Made by a program: the position numbers and the translations under genes
In this document: one piece after another, positions 12,264-21,739 of the stretch
How the letters are laid out: each line of letters begins with the position of its first letter
Position numbering within the stretch: the stretch's first letter is position 1
Notes under the pieces: generated by a model
Seen by the model: the letters and a program-made list of their open reading frames with translations, nothing else
Told to the model about the DNA's origin: nothing
Databases searched by the model: none
Source: an uncultured Spirochaetota bacterium
GTDB taxonomy: Bacteria > Spirochaetota > Spirochaetia > SZUA-6 > Fen-1364
NCBI GenBank assembly: GCA_963745235.1
Contig: CAVUXE010000022.1
Location: forward strand, 1-64,000
Length of the DNA: 64,000 nucleotides
Direction of reading: 5' to 3'

Positions 12264-12291
12264 TTGACAGATCACTGAAACAGCATAGACT
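12264..12291 (+). promoter_or_regulatory. Putative sigma70 promoter of the cyclase gene
   Basis: TTGACA-16 nt-TAGACT, with AAAGGA RBS before ATG 12322. Confidence 0.55.
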
Positions 12292-12321
12292 CACGTCAAG
12301 ATCAATTCAAAGGATTTCAGA

Positions 12322-13839
12322 ATGACCACAAACCCACGCGCAAGCACTTCTGTTGCTACTGAACATCCGCAGCGTCCTTCCCTCGAGCGTATTGTTGAAG
12401 CAGCCGACCGGCCACTATTGGTGCTCGCACTTGGAGCGGTCGCCTTGTATCTTTTGGAATTGAGGGGAGTCATCGCTCCAACAGGACCGGCGACGGTTGT
12501 CTCGGCCGTTCTTGATGCACTTTTCGTTACTGATGTCCTGGTCAAAATTGCAGTCATGCGCGGGCGCTACTTCCGCTCTGCCTGGATTGTTACTGATGTG
12601 TTGAGCTGTTTGCCGGGCATTTCACTTTTGGCAAACGTACCATGGCTGATGGCGGTGCAGTTCACGCGGATGTTCCGCGTACTGAGGGTGCTCCGTGGAC
12701 TTCGTGTGCTCCGCTCGCTTCAGTTCATGCCCTCGCTCGCGAGGATTGCTACCGAGCAAGATGAGGAGGGAGAACGGTTTAGAATTGGGATGAATCTTGG
12801 CGTCGCCTTCTATGCCGCCGCGTTCTTGGCAGTGTTGGTCTGGCTGCATGGCGAACTCTCTTCAGTGCCAATGGTCCTGGAAAGGGCGGAGTTCTTTCTT
12901 GTGGTGGGAGCTCTCTTATCGACAGCACTTTTCCTTTTCCTGATTCACATCGAAGTGCATGAATCCTCCTATAACCAGCTCAAAGGCCTCTTGAACATCG
13001 CTCTTCCAAAACAAGTAGCAGAGCACTTTCTGCATAATCCTGGAGCGTACCACGAACGGCATCGGGCGCCTGCAACTACGCTCTTCATTGACTTTGTAGG
13101 TTTTTCATCGACTGCCGAAAAACTGCGCGCCGATGTGCAGGCACTCGCATACCATCTCGAACGCGTGATGGATGTGGTGGTCGAAAGGCTTGTCGCTCAT
13201 GATCTCATTATTGACAAGTTCATTGGCGATGCAGTGATGGCATTCCGTGGTGGTCCCCTTGTAAAGGGAGATGAATCTGATCATGCGAAGGCGGTAGTCC
13301 GTGCAGCTCTGGAAGCAGCAGCCGCACTTACCGAAATGAATGATCCCTATTTTTCGCGAGTAAAGATCGGAGGCGCCTCCGATGAATGTCTCATTGGCGC
13401 GTTCGGCACGAGCAGGAGGCTGTCATATACGGCTTTGGGTGATGGAGTGAATCTCGCGGCCCGCTTGGAGCCGGCAAGCGCGCAATGCAAGGCGCATGCT
13501 TTGTTTTGCGACGCGACGCGACGGTTGTGTGGTGAGATGCCTGGAATTGAATGGCGACGCTGGGGAACGATTCGTGTCAAGGGAAAGGCTGACCCGCAGG
13601 TTGTATGGGAAGCTTTGGATGCCTCACAGCCACATGACTACTCATTCATAGCCCTGTACGAACGAGGGCGGCAGATTTTTGAAAACGAGGGACCGGCGCA
13701 AGCTCGGCCGCATTTTGAGGAAGCTAATGCAATTCGCCCCGGGGGTGATCCTCCGAGCCAGTTTCACCTCGATTGGTGCGATGAGCTGCAAAAAAACGGC
13801 AACACTGTGAGAGATACTTCGCTTTCTGTGTCAAAGTAG
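12322..13839 (+). CDS. Class III adenylyl cyclase with N-terminal voltage-sensor-like (Ion_trans S1-S4) membrane domain
   Basis: S4-like RMFRVLRVLRGLRVLR; cyclase motifs LFIDFVGFS, DKFIGDAVMA, YTALGDGVNLAARLE; TPR-like tail. Confidence 0.85.
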   Translation: MTTNPRASTSVATEHPQRPSLERIVEAADRPLLVLALGAVALYLLELRGVIAPTGPATVVSAVLDALFVTDVLVKIAVMRGRYFRSAWIVTDVLSCLPGISLLANVPWLMAVQFTRMFRVLRVLRGLRVLRSLQFMPSLARIATEQDEEGERFRIGMNLGVAFYAAAFLAVLVWLHGELSSVPMVLERAEFFLVVGALLSTALFLFLIHIEVHESSYNQLKGLLNIALPKQVAEHFLHNPGAYHERHRAPATTLFIDFVGFSSTAEKLRADVQALAYHLERVMDVVVERLVAHDLIIDKFIGDAVMAFRGGPLVKGDESDHAKAVVRAALEAAAALTEMNDPYFSRVKIGGASDECLIGAFGTSRRLSYTALGDGVNLAARLEPASAQCKAHALFCDATRRLCGEMPGIEWRRWGTIRVKGKADPQVVWEALDASQPHDYSFIALYERGRQIFENEGPAQARPHFEEANAIRPGGDPPSQFHLDWCDELQKNGNTVRDTSLSVSK

Positions 13840-13875
13840 ATCCAACGGATTGACGCCGATGTAATTCGAAGTTGG

Positions 13876-14661
13876 CTATTCCTTGACGTCCAGCACCACA
13901 TAGACAGGGAAGTGATCACTCTCGTTTTTGCGTGATCCAATGTAATCAGTCGTCCAATAGTCCACGTCAGCCTTTTCCAGCCTCGATCGAATAGCCGCCG
14001 GAATGAACATGTGGTCATAGAAGTGATCCGGTCCATGGGCACCGATGGTGGTTCCTTCAGGTGGAATGACGTCGTTGACTCCCTGATTCGTCAAAGAAAA
14101 GAAATCTCCTGCCTTGTCTTCATTAAAATCACCCACGACGATCGTGTCCCCTTTGTTTTGTGACAGGCCATCAAAATAGCGGTAGACTTCATCGAGATGC
14201 GCGATTTCGGCCACCCGTTGCTTCTCGCTCTTGCCATAAACGATGTGACAAGCAACGAGGTTGAAGGTGAAGCCTGTCGACCTCACTCTGAATTGCACGC
14301 CATAAGGAGGACGGAAGAACTCGTGTGCCTGGGGATACTCGCCAAGGTCGCGACTGAGCTCTACCTTGTTGTCGTAATAGAACCCGAAGTGCTCTTGGTA
14401 ACGATTTGAGCCTTCCCCCTGTGCGCTCGTAAAATCAGCCCACGTTGTTCCGAGTTGTGCGAGCACGTCCGCCATGCCCTGTGCGTTCATAACCTCCTCC
14501 GCAGCCACGACATCGAAGCCAGCTATTACTTTGGCAAGCGTCGCGTAGTCCTTATGATTCTGGCCGAGGCGCTCCATATTATATGAGGCGACACTGAGCT
14601 CTTGCCCGATAAGAGCAAGAGAAACAAATGAAAACACAACAATGATGAATTGCTTCTTCAT
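13876..14661 (-). CDS. Secreted endonuclease/exonuclease/phosphatase (DNase I-like)
   Basis: Signal peptide, ASYN, EE, VVGDFN, YDH, SDHFPV motifs. Confidence 0.9.
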   Translation of the reverse strand: MKKQFIIVVFSFVSLALIGQELSVASYNMERLGQNHKDYATLAKVIAGFDVVAAEEVMNAQGMADVLAQLGTTWADFTSAQGEGSNRYQEHFGFYYDNKVELSRDLGEYPQAHEFFRPPYGVQFRVRSTGFTFNLVACHIVYGKSEKQRVAEIAHLDEVYRYFDGLSQNKGDTIVVGDFNEDKAGDFFSLTNQGVNDVIPPEGTTIGAHGPDHFYDHMFIPAAIRSRLEKADVDYWTTDYIGSRKNESDHFPVYVVLDVKE

Positions 14662-15031
14662 ACAGATACGCTATCAGAAAGAGGCCCTGAGCAAAAGGAT
14701 TACCGCCAACTGCCCATGCGTGCCAGTTCCTTTCCGGGGACTCACAGGATACGGCGCATGCTACGCAGGGCTAGCTGCCGAGCTGGTTGCGCAGTGGACC
14801 ACGTTTGACCCTCGGGGCCACAGGCTGATTGCAAGGAGACGAACGTCGCCAGCCATTCGCGGCAGAGACGCTTTCCCTTACTTGGATTTCTGGATAGGCT
14901 CTGAGCTCGACGCGAGCGGAGAACGCCGCCTTCAAGCACTTTGGCTTTTGGGTCGGCAAGCCAGCGGAGACTCGAACAGGCGGCGTGGTTCCTGGCTTCA
15001 GCGGACGTGCGCCACGGGAGAGGGAGATGCC

Positions 15032-15208
15032 ATGCCAGAGCGAATAGGCGACTACATGATCAGGACGGGTGTGATGACTCAGTCCCAGGTGGACGAGGTC
15101 GCGCGCGCAAAAACGGGCGGCGACCCGCGCCACTTCGGTGAGATCGCGGTCTCGCTGGGCTTCATCAAGGCTGCTGATGTCGAAAGGTTCCTCGCCGCCC
15201 AGAAGTAG
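15032..15208 (+). CDS. Small stand-alone MshEN-like protein (58 aa)
   Basis: RIGDYMIRTGVMT...RHFGEIAVSLGFI: two RLG-type half motifs; GGGAG RBS upstream. Confidence 0.65.
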   Translation: MPERIGDYMIRTGVMTQSQVDEVARAKTGGDPRHFGEIAVSLGFIKAADVERFLAAQK

Positions 15209-15295
15209 AGTCTTGTGAAGCTCGAGCGCCGGATGGGTGAGCCTCTCCCGCTTCGTGGATGGACTTGCAGATTGTCCAGGGATAGACTTGGTGAG

Positions 15296-15628
15296 ATGGC
15301 AAAAGCATCTGCACTCGACCAGCGCTGGCTCCGGGGTGTGGTACAAACGATCGTTCGGCGCTACAAACCGATTCGCATTGTCCTGTTCGGATCGTATGCC
15401 CGCGGAGACTACAACGCGGCGAGTGATCTCGATCTTTTCCTTCTTGTACCAGACGCGGCGGACTGGTTCGAGCGTGCGCTGGAGTTCAAGCGGCTGATCC
15501 CCGAGGAGCGGCTTCCCGTTGAGGCGCACATCTACACCGCCCAGGAGTACGCTCGCATGAAGGCAGCTGACAACCCGCTTGTTCTGCAGATAGAGGCCGA
15601 AGGGAAGGTCCTGTACGAACAACAATGA
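15296..15628 (+). CDS. Minimal nucleotidyltransferase (MNT) antitoxin-like
   Basis: IVLFGSYARGD...SDLDL motif. Confidence 0.9.
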   Translation: MAKASALDQRWLRGVVQTIVRRYKPIRIVLFGSYARGDYNAASDLDLFLLVPDAADWFERALEFKRLIPEERLPVEAHIYTAQEYARMKAADNPLVLQIEAEGKVLYEQQ

Positions 15629-16028
15629 ACGGGAAGCACTCCGCTGGTACCGCCAGGGGAGGCGGGACGGAGAGACTGCGGCCAGGAATGCTGCCTCGGG
15701 CGATCACGAGGTGGCCTGTTTTCTCTACCAGCAGGGCGCAGAAAAACTTCTGAAGGCAGTGCTGTATCTCAAGGGCGAGCGTCCCGTGGTTGGTCATGCC
15801 GCAACGCATCTGGCGGCGCGCTGCGCGGAGTATGAACCTGGATTCGAGGGTCTGCTCGAGGCGTGCAGGGAACTGGACGTTTTCTACATTCCCACCCGAT
15901 ATCCGAATGGCCTACCGGATGGCGCCCCGTACGAGTTTTTTGGGCCGCGACATTCCGAGCGGGGTGCCGGCGCTTACAACAAGGTTTCGGAGAAGGTTGC
16001 GCTCCTCTTCGCGCGTATTGGCGAATGA
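15615..16028 (+). CDS. HEPN domain protein (partner of MNT)
   Basis: ACFLYQQGAEKLLKA, GH, YIPTRYP motifs; family-like N-terminus (EALRWYRQG) extends upstream of the GTG at 15711 to an ACG at 15615. Confidence 0.85.
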   Translation, partial: TNNNEREALRWYRQGRRDGETAARNAASGDHEVACFLYQQGAEKLLKAVLYLKGERPVVGHAATHLAARCAEYEPGFEGLLEACRELDVFYIPTRYPNGLPDGAPYEFFGPRHSERGAGAYNKVSEKVALLFARIGE

Positions 16029-16094
16029 TAGCCGAAGGATAGCGCCGCTGCGATAGGTACAGCCGTGCCATCGGTCGGGGAAAGTGGACCCGGG

Positions 16095-16277
16095 ATGACC
16101 TCCACGAGCGATAGAGTTTTTCTCGACACCAACGTCTTTCTCGTCCTGACGCGAAAGATTTCCCAACCCCTTTCCATCCCGGAGGCGATCACCGTCGCGC
16201 AAGGTGTCGGGAAGCTCGATGTGGTGGAGATAGGATTGCTCGCCGTGGCTGCTCGATTCTTTTATCCGAAGACATGA
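16095..16277 (+). pseudogene. PIN/VapC toxin remnant
   Basis: RVFLDTNVF joined directly to VLTRKISQPLSIPEA, implying an internal deletion. Confidence 0.5.
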
Positions 16278-16636
16278 GCGCCGGGCAGACGTTGGATACG
16301 GTCACTATTACAAACCCCTTCACCTGAGCTCGACAAGCTGCTGAAACGCGGCTCGGACTCTGCCTGTACAATTTTGGAACAGCGCGGGGATCCCGTGAAG
16401 CAAATTGTCACACCACTTTCCATGAAACGGGAAACTCGAGGGCGTCGCCTGACCTCAGAATTCCGCGCTTTTCGGCTGTTTTTCCGGGGTTTCCGGGAGC
16501 CGCTTGGGTATTCGAGAGGTTGGTCTCTTTCTTGCTTGGATGCAGGCACGAGCCGTAGCCACCAATCTGATGCGGCCCAAATCAATCGGTTTCGGAAGGT
16601 GCCTTTTCCTGTCACGAAACCGCAAGGAGGTGCCGC

Positions 16637-17176
16637 ATGGCACAGTTCAAAGCTTTCTCAGCGAACGTCGAGGTGAACGGTGAAACCGTTCTCTCTATCG
16701 TTGACGGCATGGGAGCCATGAAGACCATGGCTTCGAAGATCCTCGAAGAAGCAGGGATCAAGGACCCGAAGCCGGGACAGTGGTTCAAACAACAGGCCTG
16801 GCTGGACGCTTTTCGGAAGATCAGCGCCACAGTCGGTCCCAACACGCTCTCGCAGATCGGGCAGAAGATTCCCGAAAACGCGCAGTTCCCGCCGGCCATC
16901 GACAGCATCGAAAAGGCTCTCGGGGCAATCGAGGTGGCGTACCACATGAACCACAGGGGCGGGGAAATCGGCCATTACAACTTCTCCCTGAAGGGCAGCA
17001 ATCAGGGGACAATGGAGTGCGCGAATCCCTATCCCTGTGATTTCGACCGGGGCATCATCGTTTCCATGGCACGGCGCTTTGCTCCGAAGAGCGCAAGCGT
17101 GCGGGTCGCCCACGACGACTCCAAGCCCTGCCGCAAGACGGGCGCCGAGTCCTGCACGTACCACGTGAACTGGTAG
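16637..17176 (+). CDS. V4R-like small-ligand-binding protein
   Basis: C-x-NPYPCDFDRGII...CRKTGAESCTY cysteine pattern; GGAGG RBS. Confidence 0.7.
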   Translation: MAQFKAFSANVEVNGETVLSIVDGMGAMKTMASKILEEAGIKDPKPGQWFKQQAWLDAFRKISATVGPNTLSQIGQKIPENAQFPPAIDSIEKALGAIEVAYHMNHRGGEIGHYNFSLKGSNQGTMECANPYPCDFDRGIIVSMARRFAPKSASVRVAHDDSKPCRKTGAESCTYHVNW

Positions 17177-17425
17177 GAGCACGCTCCGTGATGGGGGCGC
17201 CTGGCAGGTGCCAGCGCCCTCGTGCTTATCCCCCGCCCGGATTCTTTTCGCTGTCGGCGTTCTTCATGACGCAATTGATGGAGTAGCGACTAAGCCGAGA
17301 CTTCCACAGCCTTGCCAGGGACGGACGAAGGGGATACACCCTTCCCAGGCTCGGCAGGTGGACCACGGGTAACCTCTTGCGCCGCGTTTTCGCGGCGGCG
17401 TTGAGCGGGGGAAAGGAGGCTCGGA

Positions 17426-18643
17426 ATGAAGGCTGACATCGTCATCAGGAACGCCCTCCTGAGAGGCGAGAGAGGCGGGCACTTCGACATCGCCATTGCG
17501 GGCGGTGAGATCCTGGCCATCGAGCCCTCCATCAAGGGGGACGCGGCTGAGACCATCGATGCCGGCGGGAACCTCGTCACAGAGTCGTTCGTCAACGGGC
17601 ACCTGCACCTGTGCAAGGTCTACACCCTCGAAATGGCGGGCATGGACGCGCTCTCCTCCTACACGCGCGGCTCCATGGGCGGAGCCATGACGGCAATCGA
17701 GCAGGCGGCCAGGATCAAGGCCAAATACGACGAGCGGTGGATCATCCAGAACGTGCGCAAGGCCCTGGACCTCGCCGTCCGGTTCGGCAACACGCACATC
17801 CGCGCATTCGCAGACACGGACACCAAGGCCCGGCTGGAGGGAGTCAAGGCTCTCCTGAAGGCCCGCGAAGAGTACAAGGACCGGGTGGAGCTCCAGGTCG
17901 TGGCTTTCCCTCAGGACGGGGTGGTGCGGGATCCGGGGGCCGAAGATTACGTGCGCCAGGCCCTCGAGCTCGGGGCGGACGTTGTCGGCGGCATACCCTG
18001 GATCGAGTACACTGACGAGGACGCGCGCCAGCACATCGACCGGATGTTCGCTCTCGCCAGGGGGTACGGCAAGGACGTGTCCATGCTGGTCGACGACGCC
18101 GGCGACCCCGGCCTCAGGACCCTCGAGATGCTCGCCGTGAAGACCATCAAGGAGGGCTGGCAGGGACGGGTCACATGCCAGCACGCCCGCGCCATGGCTC
18201 TGTACCCTGAGCCCTACTACCGCAAGATCGAGCACCTCCTCAAGGAGGCTCGGATCGGCCTGGTAAGCGATCCGCAGACGGGGCCCCTGTACGCACGGGT
18301 GCGCAGCCTCTATGAGGCCGGCGTGGCCGTGGCCCTCGGCCAGGACGATATAGCCGACGCTTATTACCCCTTCGGGCGGAACAACATGCTGGAAGTCGCC
18401 TTCCTGGCGGCGCACCTCATGGGGATGACCACCTTCGACGACATGAAGCTGCTCTACGACCTGGTCACCACGAGCGCCGCGAAGGCGCTGGGGCTCCGGA
18501 AGCACGGCCTCGCTGTCGGCAACAACGCCGACCTCGTCGTCCTGAACGCGAAGAGCGAGTGGGAGGCCATCTGGAACCACGAGGCGCCGCGCCGCGTCAT
18601 CCGCAAGGGAAGGGACATCACGTTGCCGGAAAGGCCCGGGTGA
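17426..18643 (+). CDS. Metal-dependent amidohydrolase (cytosine deaminase-like)
   Basis: GHLHL, VVAFPQDG, VVGGIP, GQDD..D.YYPFG motifs. Confidence 0.88.
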   Translation: MKADIVIRNALLRGERGGHFDIAIAGGEILAIEPSIKGDAAETIDAGGNLVTESFVNGHLHLCKVYTLEMAGMDALSSYTRGSMGGAMTAIEQAARIKAKYDERWIIQNVRKALDLAVRFGNTHIRAFADTDTKARLEGVKALLKAREEYKDRVELQVVAFPQDGVVRDPGAEDYVRQALELGADVVGGIPWIEYTDEDARQHIDRMFALARGYGKDVSMLVDDAGDPGLRTLEMLAVKTIKEGWQGRVTCQHARAMALYPEPYYRKIEHLLKEARIGLVSDPQTGPLYARVRSLYEAGVAVALGQDDIADAYYPFGRNNMLEVAFLAAHLMGMTTFDDMKLLYDLVTTSAAKALGLRKHGLAVGNNADLVVLNAKSEWEAIWNHEAPRRVIRKGRDITLPERPG

Positions 18644-18910
18644 CCGGCGGGGCCGCCCCGTTCATGGGGATCGCGGCGATGGCAACTTTTTCATTTGCTT
18701 TTTGCTGGGAATGCTGTACTATGTCGCGGCGAGCTTGAGATGGTACGCAACAGTCCTGGCGCATCACTTTGCACATGCTTGTGCGGCATCGCCCCAACCC
18801 CGTTTCAGGGGTTTTTTTCTTTCCAGCCGGGACGGGAGGGAGGTGACAGGAAAAACAAGCCTCGTCTCGTGGCTTTCGGTGAATCAACTCTGGACCAAGG
18901 AGGAAGGAAC

Positions 18911-20647
18911 ATGAAAAGACTGACAGTGGCCGTCTTTCTCGCGGCGGCGCTCGTTCTTGTCGCGGGTGTATCGGCTCAGACCCTGAAGGAGGTCCCCCGC
19001 AATCAGACCCTGGTGCTCGGCTGGAGCATCGCCTCTCCCATCGGCGTGACCAACCCGTGGGCCGTACCGGGCTACACCCACCAGGAAGGCAACGTCTTCA
19101 TGTGGGAAGCCCTGTATTACTTTGCCATCTTTGCGGACAAGGAGATCCCCTGGCTTGCTCAGAGCATGAAGTACACACAAGGACTTCACCGAGCTCACCA
19201 TCAAGATGAACCCCAAGGCCATGTGGAGCGACGGCGTCCCCGTGACCTCCAAGGACGTGGCCTTCACCTTCGAAGGGCAGATGAAGAATGACAAGCTCCC
19301 GTACCACGGCAGTTTGTGGAGTTCGTCAAGAGCGTCCGGGCGCCCGACAGATCCACCGTCATAGTCACATTCAAGGTGCCGCAACCCCGGTTCATGTTCG
19401 AGGTGCTGGAGCTGAAGTTCGATACCGGCATCCCCATCGTTCCTGCCCACGTCCTTTCGAAGCAGGCGGACTGGAACGCTTTCCCGGGCGGCCTCGACAT
19501 GCCGCATTCCGGACCGTACAACCTCGTGAGCTGGGACAAGAACCAGAAGATCTTCGACCTGCGGGCCAACTGGTGGGCAGTGAAGGCCGGCCTGATCAAG
19601 ACTCCCGAGGTCAAGAGGATCGTCATGGTCGGCCTCGGCGGCCAGATCGGCCAGAACATGGACCTCGTCGCCCAGCGGATCGTGAACAATGAGTTTGACT
19701 GTGCCCTCGACATGAGAAGCTCGCTCATCAAGAGCATCGTGCAGCGCAACCCCAAGGTGACCACGTACACCGGGGACCAGTCTCCATACGGCTACCTGGA
19801 CTGGTGGCCCAACTCGCTATGGATGAACGACCAGCTTCCCCCCTACAGCGACCCGAACATCCGCAGGGCCATGGCGCTGACGATCGACCGGGACACCATC
19901 AACAGCGTGATCTATGAGGGCGCCCAGATCGCGACGATCTATCCTTTCCCGCTGTACCCCGGGCTCGTGAAGTTCGCGAACAGCCCGGCGGTCAAGGCCC
20001 TGGAAGACAAGTACCAGCCGGGCAAGTTCGACCTGGATGAGAGCGCAAAGCTCATGCAGGATGCCGGCTACACCCTGAACAACGACAAGCTGTGGGAGAA
20101 GGATGGGAAGACGATTTCCGCGGTCATCAACGCCTTTGAGGGAATCCACAGCGACATCGCGCCCGTTCTCGTCGAGATGCTGCGCAAGGGCGGATTCGAC
20201 GCTTCCGTGAACTTCGGCAACGATGCATTCCAGAACATGATGGACGGGAAGGCGGGCCTGTACATGTGGGGCCACGGCGCAAGCCTCAGAGATCCGTACG
20301 CGGCTCTCGAGCTGTTCCACGGCAAGTACAGCGCGACGATCGGAACTACCGCGGGATCCAACAGGTGGTCGCGTTACAAGAACCCGGAATATGACAAGTT
20401 GATCGACGCGATGGCTCCGCTCCCTTCCGACGATCCGAAGTTCCAAGAGTACGCGACGCAGGCCATCGGGATCTACTGGAGGGACACCATCGACATCCCC
20501 GTCATCCAGTGGCTGCACAGGATTCCCTACAACCAGACCTACTGGACCAACTGGCCCACGAAGGACAACCTTGCTGCCGGCACCAACGGGGCTTTCTGGG
20601 CACAGACGGGCATGCTTGTCGTCACGGGTCTCAAGGCCGCTCAGTAA
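18911..20647 (+). CDS. Family 5 (Opp/Dpp-type) ABC substrate-binding protein; two frameshifts (~19175, ~19308)
   Basis: Signal peptide at 18911; the middle frame reads KDFTELTIKMNPKAMWSDGVPVTSKDVAFTF and joins ORF 19316-20647. Confidence 0.85.
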
Positions 20648-20670
20648 CTGCACAAGAGTGACGTCGTAAC

Positions 20671-20704
20671 ACGGTTGCCGGCGTTCTGCCGGCAACTGTC
20701 ATTT
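20671..20704 (+). terminator. Hairpin after the binding-protein gene (terminator or mRNA stabiliser)
   Basis: ACGGTTGCCGGC-GTTCT-GCCGGCAACTGT then CATTTT. Confidence 0.6.
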
Positions 20705-20727
20705 TGAGCGCAGGAGGCACACGCACC

Positions 20728-21732
20728 GTGAGGATCACGACAATTTTGCGGAAGCTGGGATTTCTCATTCTGGTGATCTGGGCCGCGTCGACAATAACGT
20801 TTCTCATTCCGCGCATTTCTCCGCGCAATCCCGTCCGGGAGAGGTTCGGGGAGCTTGCCAGGATGGGGGGATTCACCCCGACGGACCTCGAGAAGATCGT
20901 CGCCTCGTACAGCGCAAAGTTCGGATTGAACAAGCCCCTGTGGCAGCAGTACCTCGACTATATCGGGTCAGTGGCCCGGCTGGACCTGGGCGTCTCCATG
21001 AACAAGTTCCCCAAGACTGTCTGGCAATTGCTCCTGGAGTCGCTTCCCTGGACCATCGGGCTGCTGTTCGTCGCCACCGTTTTTTCATTCATCCTAGGAA
21101 ATCTTCTGGGCGCGCTTGCCGCGTGGCCGCGCTCCCCTCGATGGGTCAAGGGACTCGCGACCCCTTTTGTCCTGCTCATGGGTGTGCCGCCGGTGCTCAT
21201 GGCGGTCTTTCTCATGTTCTTTGTCGCGTTCCGCCTCAAGCTCCTGCCAATGGGAAATGCATACTCGATCGGCGTCATCCCCAACTGGTCGTCCATCCGT
21301 TTCATCCTCGACGTGTTGAAGCACCAGATCCTCCCCGCGCTGTCTCTCATCCTGGGGACGGTGGGGAGCTGGGTCCTGTCGATGCGCGGCATGGGGGTCA
21401 CGATCCAGGGTGAGGACTACGTGCTCTTTGCCGAGCACAAGGGTCTCGGCGGGACCGCGATCTTCCGCGACTACTACCTGCGCAACGCCCTCCTTCCCCA
21501 GGTCACCGGCCTGGCCCTCGCCGTTGGAACAATGGTGACATCCGGCATCGTCATCGAGCAATTCTTCGGGCTGCCTGGCATCGGGTCGATGCTGTACGAT
21601 GCGATCAAGGTGAACGACTTCCTCGTGATCTATGGCATCGTGCTGTTTATCGTCATTGCCATAGCCGTTCTCATGATCGTGGTGGAAATGCTCTACCCGC
21701 TCCTGGACCCGCGGGTGCGCACCCAGAAGTGA
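20728..21732 (+). CDS. ABC permease (DppB/OppB-type)
   Basis: FGLNKPLWQQY, RNALLPQVT, LLDPRVR. Confidence 0.93.
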   Translation: MRITTILRKLGFLILVIWAASTITFLIPRISPRNPVRERFGELARMGGFTPTDLEKIVASYSAKFGLNKPLWQQYLDYIGSVARLDLGVSMNKFPKTVWQLLLESLPWTIGLLFVATVFSFILGNLLGALAAWPRSPRWVKGLATPFVLLMGVPPVLMAVFLMFFVAFRLKLLPMGNAYSIGVIPNWSSIRFILDVLKHQILPALSLILGTVGSWVLSMRGMGVTIQGEDYVLFAEHKGLGGTAIFRDYYLRNALLPQVTGLALAVGTMVTSGIVIEQFFGLPGIGSMLYDAIKVNDFLVIYGIVLFIVIAIAVLMIVVEMLYPLLDPRVRTQK

Positions 21733-21739
21733 GGGAGAA

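Noticed and set aside
12322-12960. Potassium channel pore in the cyclase
   Set aside because: No TVGYG-like filter, and the TM5-TM6 loop is too short
14642-15031. N-terminal extension of the 188-aa ORF
   Set aside because: No protein-like signal; an RBS and ATG at 15032 define the small gene
17350-17372. ZTP riboswitch-like CAGGTGGACCACGGG
   Set aside because: Loop too short, and the other conserved ZTP elements are missing
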